The notes beneath the pieces were generated by a model that worked only from the letters and a program-made list of their open reading frames with translations, was not told the origin of the DNA and searched no databases. Made by a program: the position numbers and the translations under genes. DNA of 64,000 nt from Rickettsia typhi (GTDB taxonomy: Bacteria > Pseudomonadota > Alphaproteobacteria > Rickettsiales > UBA1997), in assembly GCA_945875925.1 (NCBI GenBank), contig CAMCME010000001.1:4656-68655 (forward strand), read 5' to 3'. Positions 54,703 to 61,124 of the stretch are shown here, piece by piece. Position 1 is the stretch's first letter. Every line of letters begins with the position of its first letter.

Positions 54703-56673
54703 ATGTTACTTAAAGCAGCAGTATTTTTGCCACTTATTGGCTTTTTAATTGGTGGAATTTTTTCACGCATTTTGCCGAAAAATTTGGCTGATAAAATATC
54801 TCAAATCAGCACCACTTCTTTACTGATTATTTCCGCTCTTTGTTCATTAAAAATCTTCTGCGATGTTGCCGCTGAAGGTAACAATGCTAGTCATGTTGTA
54901 ACTTTATTTAGCTGGATTTCTTCTGGAGATTTCACTGCCAATTGGTCTTTAAAACTTGATCAACTTACCGCAATTATGCTGGTTGTAGTGACTGTAGTTT
55001 CAAGCTTGGTGCATGTTTATTCTAACGGATATATGCATGAAGATAAATCTCTAGCTCGCTTCATGTCTTACCTTTCGCTCTTTACTTTTTTCATGTTAGT
55101 TTTAGTTACTGCGGACAACTTCTTACAACTTTTCGTAGGTTGGGAAGGTGTTGGTTTAGCTTCTTATTTACTAATCGGATTTTGGTTTAAAAAGCCTTCT
55201 GCTAATGCCGCAGCTATTAAAGCATTTGTGGCCAACCGCGTTGGTGATTTTGGTTTAATCATCGCGATTGCGCTTATTTACATCACTTTTGGCACTGTTG
55301 AATATGCAAAAGTTTTTGCTGATGTGACCAATCATTTAAGCGATACTTTTAAACTTTTTGGCACCGAATTTAGAAGTTTAGATGCAATTTGCATCTTACT
55401 CTTCGTTGGTGCTATGGGTAAATCAGCGCAAATTGGTTTACATGTTTGGTTGGCTGACGCGATGGAAGGTCCAACTCCAGTTTCGGCTTTAATTCACGCC
55501 GCCACAATGGTTACTGCGGGTGTATTTTTAGTTGCCAGATGTTCGCCAATTTTTGAATATTCTGAAACTGCATTAATGATGGTTACCATTGTTGGAGCTT
55601 CTACCGCAATATTTGCCGCTACAATTGCCATCACTCAAAATGACATTAAGAAAATTATCGCTTATTCAACTTGTAGTCAGCTTGGTTACATGTTTTTTGC
55701 TTGTGGCGTTTCGGCTTATTCAGCAGCAATTTTCCACTTAGCAACTCACGCTTTCTTCAAAGCATTGTTATTCCTTGGCGCGGGCAGCGTAATTCACGCT
55801 ATGCATCACGAACAAGATATTCAGAAAATGGGAGGGATTTGGAAAAAAATTCCTTACACTTACGCCGCAATGTGGATCGGATCTCTTGCTTTGGCTGGCT
55901 TCCCACCATTTGCTGGTTACTTCTCAAAAGATGTAATTTTAGAAGCAGCTTTCATGTCTCAAAGTCAATTTGGTAAATTGGCTTATTGGCTTGGAATTAG
56001 CGCCGCTTTCTTAACGGCCTTTTATTCTTGGCGTTTATTATTTTTAACTTTCCATGGCAAAACTCGCGCTGATCACCACACTTTTGATCATGCTCACGAG
56101 TCACCAATGTCAATGATGATTCCTCTTGCGATCCTTTCTTTAGGATCAATTTTAGTAGGCTTTATCGGCGCTAATTTACTTCACATGGTTTCTGCTGAAG
56201 AAAACTTTTTCGGCAAAGCAATTTTTATGTTGGAAGAAAATGCTCATCTTTTAGAAGAAATTCATCACGCACCAACTTTGGTTAAAATTTCTCCATTAAT
56301 TGTGGGCGTGGTAGCAATTTTCTTGGCTTATATTTTCTATTTAGTGAAAACAGATATTCCAGCAAAAATGGCTAAAGCCTTTCAACCACTTTATAAATTG
56401 TCACTTAACAAGTGGTATTTTGACGAAATTTATGAAGCTGCTTTGGTTAAACCAACCAAAAAACTTGGCGATTTTCTATGGAGATTCTTTGATATTAAGG
56501 TTATTGACGGATTTGGTCCAAATGGAGTTGCTGCTTTATGTAAGAAGGCTGCAGGACAAATTAGTAAATTACAAACTGGTTACATTTATCATTATGCTTT
56601 TTCTATCGTTTTAGGGTTAATCATTGTGATATTTTTCCTTATCAGCTCGTTCAAACAATTAATGATTTTTTAA
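54703..56673 (+). CDS. nuoL: NADH-quinone oxidoreductase subunit L
   Basis: 656 aa. WEGVGLASYLLIGFW, AFVANRVGDFG, GKSAQIGLHVWLADAMEGPTPVSALIHAATMV. Long C-terminal helix region. Confidence 0.85.
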   Translation: MLLKAAVFLPLIGFLIGGIFSRILPKNLADKISQISTTSLLIISALCSLKIFCDVAAEGNNASHVVTLFSWISSGDFTANWSLKLDQLTAIMLVVVTVVSSLVHVYSNGYMHEDKSLARFMSYLSLFTFFMLVLVTADNFLQLFVGWEGVGLASYLLIGFWFKKPSANAAAIKAFVANRVGDFGLIIAIALIYITFGTVEYAKVFADVTNHLSDTFKLFGTEFRSLDAICILLFVGAMGKSAQIGLHVWLADAMEGPTPVSALIHAATMVTAGVFLVARCSPIFEYSETALMMVTIVGASTAIFAATIAITQNDIKKIIAYSTCSQLGYMFFACGVSAYSAAIFHLATHAFFKALLFLGAGSVIHAMHHEQDIQKMGGIWKKIPYTYAAMWIGSLALAGFPPFAGYFSKDVILEAAFMSQSQFGKLAYWLGISAAFLTAFYSWRLLFLTFHGKTRADHHTFDHAHESPMSMMIPLAILSLGSILVGFIGANLLHMVSAEENFFGKAIFMLEENAHLLEEIHHAPTLVKISPLIVGVVAIFLAYIFYLVKTDIPAKMAKAFQPLYKLSLNKWYFDEIYEAALVKPTKKLGDFLWRFFDIKVIDGFGPNGVAALCKKAAGQISKLQTGYIYHYAFSIVLGLIIVIFFLISSFKQLMIF

Positions 56674-56685
56674 TAAGCGGATTAA

Positions 56686-57267
56686 ATGGACCAAAGAAAA
56701 TTACGCGATTGTTTCGGACTCTTCGCTACGGGAGTAATTATTGCTTGCGCTCGCAGAAATAATTTTCTTGCTGAAAAATTTTTCAATAACAATTTATTTG
56801 ATGGCAAAAAGCTTGGCGACAGATTGTTAAATAATAAAATTTTTGGTAAAAAACTTGCCGAAATTTTTACTGATGAATTTTTTGGAATGACCATTAATTC
56901 TTTTTCATCAGTTTCTCTTCAACCACCGCTCATCTCATTTTGCATCGATAACAAATCTTCAAATCTCAGCCTCTTTAAAAAAAATCACTACTTCTCTCTT
57001 AATATTTTAGGTGAAAATCAAAAAGATTTGGCCAGCGGTTTTGCTAAGCCTAGAAACAGTGATAAATGGCAAATTGAAAATTACACTTTCGGCAAATTCG
57101 GCAATCCTATTTTCGATAATTCAATCGGATTTCTTGAATGTAAGAAGCATAAAATAATCAAGGTTGGTGATCATCACATGGTTATTGGCGAAGTGGTTGA
57201 TTGTGGTAAAATTAGCAATGCTGGGCCGCTGATTTATAATAAGGCGAAATTTTCTTTGTTGAAATAA
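56686..57267 (+). CDS. Flavin reductase-like domain protein with ~43-aa insertion
   Basis: FATGVIIA ... GMTINSFSSVSLQPPLISFC ... HHMVIGEV. An inserted Asn/Lys/Phe-rich segment lies at about 56752-56880. Confidence 0.55.
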   Translation: MDQRKLRDCFGLFATGVIIACARRNNFLAEKFFNNNLFDGKKLGDRLLNNKIFGKKLAEIFTDEFFGMTINSFSSVSLQPPLISFCIDNKSSNLSLFKKNHYFSLNILGENQKDLASGFAKPRNSDKWQIENYTFGKFGNPIFDNSIGFLECKKHKIIKVGDHHMVIGEVVDCGKISNAGPLIYNKAKFSLLK

Positions 57268-57270
57268 TTT

Positions 57271-57306
57271 ACTTATGAGATCTCTCGCTTACGCTCGAGA
57301 TGACAG
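57271..57306. repeat. Family A repeat, right-half fragment
   Basis: ACTTATGAGATCTCTCGCTTACGCTCGAGATGACAG. Confidence 0.6.
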
Positions 57307-57331
57307 TGGAATGAAACTCAGATAAAAGTTT

Positions 57332-60112
57332 TTGATGAACAGCGTGAACCTCACCAAAAAACTCCTCAAAATTTTCAATCAAGAAAAAAAACTAATCTGG
57401 CTTTGGATGCCGATTTTTTTTGCCTGTGGAATAATTTTTTTCTTTGAATTTTTTAATTCCGATGCAAATGAAATATTTCTCGCCTCTTGTCTTCTCTTAA
57501 TCTCCGCTCTGCTTTTTTATTTTGACAGATTTTCTTACCGATCCTTTATTTATATAGTTTCTGGCCTAATGCTTCTGGGATTTATTTGGGCGTTTTTTTA
57601 CCAGAAATTTTTTGTAATGGATTATCAATTAACTGGAAAAGTTTATGCTGATGTAAAAGGAAAAGTTACGGATATTAAAGAATTTTCTAATCCTATTAAT
57701 GGTCACGGTGGCATAAATCTAGTGATTTCAGATCCTATTCTCTACAAATCACAATTTGTTAAGAAGGAAATAAAAAATAGCAAAAAGACGAAAAAACAGG
57801 TAAAAAAACCTAAGAAGAAATCTGCCAAAAAAACTAGCAGAAAACCCTCTAAAAAGTTTCTGAAATTGGCTGCGGATTGTGGCGAAGACTCATTTTGTTT
57901 GAAGAATTTAGAAGCAAAATATGCGGCGCAAAAGGCGGCACGAAAATTAAAAAAAGAACAGAAAAAACTAGCAAAAACTTCATGGGAAATTTCAGAAGAA
58001 ATTCCTGAGAAAAAGATGACCAAAAAATTTCTCAAATTATTTTCTGAATGCGGCGAAGATGAAGCTTGTAAAAATGAAGTAAAAAAATCTTTTGAAGAAC
58101 ATGAAGAGGCCAAGAAATTGCGTCGCGAAGAAAGAAAAAAAGAGAGAAAAGAAGCTTCACAAAAAAACTTAGAAAATTCTGCAATTTGTAACGAGGAGAA
58201 TCCTTGTCCTGAAACATTACAAAGCAATTCTAAACAAGTTAAAAAACAGCCAAAAAAAGCTCAAAATAAACCAAACAAAATCACTGAAAAACAAATCGAG
58301 AAAAACTTCTTAAACCTTCCCGATTACCAAGAAATTGACCGCGAATTTTTGGATATTAGCAAAAATTACCAAACAGTTTTTTGGCAGAAAAAAGGTGATT
58401 ACCAAATTTTTCCAAACCCACCGAAAAAAATTTCCATCTTGTCTTATTCAACTATTCCTAACTTAAAAATTGGCGACATTATCTTCTTGCGCACCGCAAT
58501 TGGGCCGCCGCAGCAAAGAGAATTTCTCCACGAATTTGATTATGCTTTGAACGCTCAGTCAAAAAGAATTGGCGGCTTTGGACATGCGATGTCGAAAGGA
58601 ATAATTTTGCAAAAATCTCAAACTTCTGTTTCTCTGGCTTCTTCCTTCGAAGATTTTATCGGAAATTTACGCAAAAAAATTGAAAGCAAAATCACTTCGC
58701 AAATTTCTGGTGACGAAGGCGCAATTGCCGCAGCTTTGATGATGGGAAGTCAGAATTTAATTTCTAAAGATAGAATGCTTGAAATTAGAAATTCTGGCCT
58801 CGCCCATTTGCTTTCAATTTCGGGCCTGCATATGGCAATTGCGGCAGCAATATTTTTCACCCTCACCCGCTTTTTATTGTCGCGCAGCGAATATTTAACT
58901 TTGCATTTTAACATCAAAAAAATCGCAGCTTTTGCGGCCATTTTTAGCGCTTATTTTTATCTGGAACTTGCAGCTTCTCCTGTGCCTGCCGTTCGCTCTT
59001 TTGTTATTGTGGCTCTAGTGCTGCTAGCCGTAATGATTGATCGCAAAACTGATGCTAAAAGATGTATTGCTTTGGCAGCTTTTGGCCTGCTGATTTTTAA
59101 TCCTTACAATATTTTTTCGATCAGCTTTCAGCTTTCTTTCGCGGCCATTTTGTCGTTGGCTTGCTTCCACGAATTTTTCTTAAAAGCTAAACCAAAATTT
59201 AAACAAGATTCTGCTTTCCAAAAATTTCTCTGGTATTTTTTAGAAATCGCTTTCGCCTCTGTGGTTGTGCAAATTGCCACCATGCCATTTTTAATTTACC
59301 ATTTTCGCAACTTCTCCACTTATGGCCTTGTGTCAAATATGCTCGCGATTCCGCTGACCACTTTTGTCACCATGCCTTTAGGATTTTTGGCAGTTTTTTT
59401 AATGCCTTTGGGTTTGGAAAAATTGCCGTTACAGGCGATGGGACTTTCAATTTCTTGGGTTATAGACATTGCACGCCTTGTCAGCAATTTGGATTATTCT
59501 TATTTTACCACACCGCAAATGCCAAAATTTGCTTTCGCTTTTGCCAGTTTTGGTTGGCTGATTTTATGCTTGATGAATTCGAAAGTAAGATGGTTTGGAG
59601 GCCTGATTTTGCCTGTTTCATTTATTTCATTGTGCTTCGTAAAACAGCCCTATTTATTATTTGACGGACAACAAAAATTCTTCGCAATTTATGATGAAAA
59701 AGATGGCTTAGTTTTTTCTGAAAAAATGCGAGCTTCTAAAAAGCGCGATTTGTGGATGCAGGAAATGAACGAAACTCAGTTTAAATATTTTGGGGAATTT
59801 TCTGATGAGTGGCGCACGCAGAAAGGAATAAAATGTGACGAGAGAAAATGTAAAATTATAAAAGAAAATCAGAAGATTTTAGTGATTTTAAAACGAAATA
59901 AATTGTCAGAAATTTGTTCAGAAAATTATGATGTAATTGTGAATTTGACCTCTAAATATAAGCTTCCAGAGTGTTTTTCAGAAAATGCAATTAAGATTGA
60001 TAATTTAGCTTTTTATCAAAAAGCTGGACATTTTTTATATTTTGAAGAAGAAAAATCAGACAGCAAAAAGACTGAAGAGAAAATAAGAATTGAAACTGCT
60101 AGAGAAATTTAA
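57332..60112 (+). CDS. comEC: Competence protein ComEC/Rec2-family channel with large Lys-rich insertion
   Basis: N-terminal TMs, OB (DUF4131)-like region, competence domain (IRNSGLAHLLSISGLHM and multiple TMs). A ~230-aa insertion lies at about 57749-58426. No MBL domain recognised. Confidence 0.75.
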   Translation: MMNSVNLTKKLLKIFNQEKKLIWLWMPIFFACGIIFFFEFFNSDANEIFLASCLLLISALLFYFDRFSYRSFIYIVSGLMLLGFIWAFFYQKFFVMDYQLTGKVYADVKGKVTDIKEFSNPINGHGGINLVISDPILYKSQFVKKEIKNSKKTKKQVKKPKKKSAKKTSRKPSKKFLKLAADCGEDSFCLKNLEAKYAAQKAARKLKKEQKKLAKTSWEISEEIPEKKMTKKFLKLFSECGEDEACKNEVKKSFEEHEEAKKLRREERKKERKEASQKNLENSAICNEENPCPETLQSNSKQVKKQPKKAQNKPNKITEKQIEKNFLNLPDYQEIDREFLDISKNYQTVFWQKKGDYQIFPNPPKKISILSYSTIPNLKIGDIIFLRTAIGPPQQREFLHEFDYALNAQSKRIGGFGHAMSKGIILQKSQTSVSLASSFEDFIGNLRKKIESKITSQISGDEGAIAAALMMGSQNLISKDRMLEIRNSGLAHLLSISGLHMAIAAAIFFTLTRFLLSRSEYLTLHFNIKKIAAFAAIFSAYFYLELAASPVPAVRSFVIVALVLLAVMIDRKTDAKRCIALAAFGLLIFNPYNIFSISFQLSFAAILSLACFHEFFLKAKPKFKQDSAFQKFLWYFLEIAFASVVVQIATMPFLIYHFRNFSTYGLVSNMLAIPLTTFVTMPLGFLAVFLMPLGLEKLPLQAMGLSISWVIDIARLVSNLDYSYFTTPQMPKFAFAFASFGWLILCLMNSKVRWFGGLILPVSFISLCFVKQPYLLFDGQQKFFAIYDEKDGLVFSEKMRASKKRDLWMQEMNETQFKYFGEFSDEWRTQKGIKCDERKCKIIKENQKILVILKRNKLSEICSENYDVIVNLTSKYKLPECFSENAIKIDNLAFYQKAGHFLYFEEEKSDSKKTEEKIRIETAREI

Positions 60113-60132
60113 ACTAGAGACTTGAAGAAAGA

Positions 60133-60207
60133 TGGTGACCCCTACGGAATTCGAATCCGTATTGCCACCGTGAAAGGGTGGCGTCCTAACCGTTAGACGA
60201 AGGGGCC
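60133..60207 (-). tRNA. tRNA-Glu (anticodon UUC), CCA encoded
   Basis: Minus strand reads GGCCCCTTCGTCTAACGGTTAGGACGCCACCCTTTCACGGTGGCAATACGGATTCGAATTCCGTAGGGGTCACCA. Anticodon arm is CCACC-CTTTCAC-GGTGG. Confidence 0.95.
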
Positions 60208-60342
60208 AAAGAAAATAAAGCTTGGGAGTGTTTGAACTAGCTATTTGTAAATATAGGGAAGAGCAAAACGAGCGGCGCATCCTAGGAATTGCTTTTAAAA
60301 AGGCAAGTGATTCTTCTTATAGAAATTTAGTGAACTCAGAAG

Positions 60343-60436
60343 TTAATATTTTTAAATCGATAATTACTTCAAAATCTCTTAATCACCCGTCTCAAATGCT
60401 ATGGCATTTGATCAACTCTTTTTCAAAGAGGGCTAA
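60343..60436. repeat. Dispersed repeat family D, copy 2
   Basis: TTAATATTTTTAAATCGATAA...AATCACCCGTCTCAAATGCTATGGCATTTGATC...CAAAGAGGGCT aligns with 1995-2089. It ends at the stop codon of the GNAT gene. Confidence 0.75.
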
Positions 60437-61041
60437 AAAACCTTCAAATAAACACCCAGCGTAATATCATCATTCTTCACTAGACCTAAACATTTAAAGC
60501 CAAAATCTTCGTGAAAGCCGATGGAAATTTTATTACGCAGTGGTTTGTGAACTATTCGGCAAACAATGGCCTCATAGCCTATGGTTTTAGCTTCTTCTAG
60601 CATCTTTTTTAGTAATGTTGAACCAACACCATCTTTACCAGGTAATTTAGCGATTTGGCGATAATAGAGAATTTTTTTCTTATCTTTAAAAGCGTCAATT
60701 TCAGGAAACGATAAAAACTCTTTATAGAGATTTTCATTTACTTGCTGAAGGTCGTAAGAGATTAAATATCCAACCACCCTTTCCTCTTCTTTCAAAACCA
60801 AAATCACATGTTTTTCGGTGGCAGATAAATGATTAGAAATTTCTTCTGCTGTAAAAGGGCCAACTAAAAAACCATTCGCCTCCACATTATCTTTATTAAT
60901 TTCGTGAAGTTTTTTATCGGCAATAAGGTTTTTATTCAGCACTTCAATCATGCCAGCTAGATCTTCTTCTAAAGCAAATTGAGCAACCAATTTCTCGCGG
61001 TTTTCAAAGCGATTATCATTAGCAATAATATGTATGGTCAT
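60433..61041 (-). CDS. GNAT-family acetyltransferase
   Basis: 202 aa. RQIAKLPGKDGVGSTLLKKMLEEAK is an acetyl-CoA-binding-type Q/RxxGxG/A motif. Confidence 0.55.
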   Translation of the reverse strand: MTIHIIANDNRFENREKLVAQFALEEDLAGMIEVLNKNLIADKKLHEINKDNVEANGFLVGPFTAEEISNHLSATEKHVILVLKEEERVVGYLISYDLQQVNENLYKEFLSFPEIDAFKDKKKILYYRQIAKLPGKDGVGSTLLKKMLEEAKTIGYEAIVCRIVHKPLRNKISIGFHEDFGFKCLGLVKNDDITLGVYLKVF

Positions 61042-61124
61042 GATTTAAAATTTATCAAATTGAGTTCACTTCTGTGAGCCGCTAGAAAATGTTTATAATC
61101 TAAAAAGATCAAGAAATTTAGAAA

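Noticed and set aside
54703-56673. Stand-alone NuoL-like protein considered as the DabB subunit of a DAB inorganic-carbon pump.
   Set aside because: No DabA (DUF2309) gene is adjacent. The length (656 aa) and motifs fit an orthodox NuoL with its long C-terminal helix.
3756-57306. Whether the many palindromic repeats constitute a CRISPR array.
   Set aside because: The copies are dispersed singly across 50 kb and are not regularly spaced with unique spacers. They differ in sequence, and no cas genes are present.
60222-60464. ORFs across the two family D repeat copies (1840-2100 minus, 60222-60464 plus), considered as a conserved small protein.
   Set aside because: Relative to the repeat, the two ORFs are on opposite strands, so the shared sequence is not translated in a common frame.
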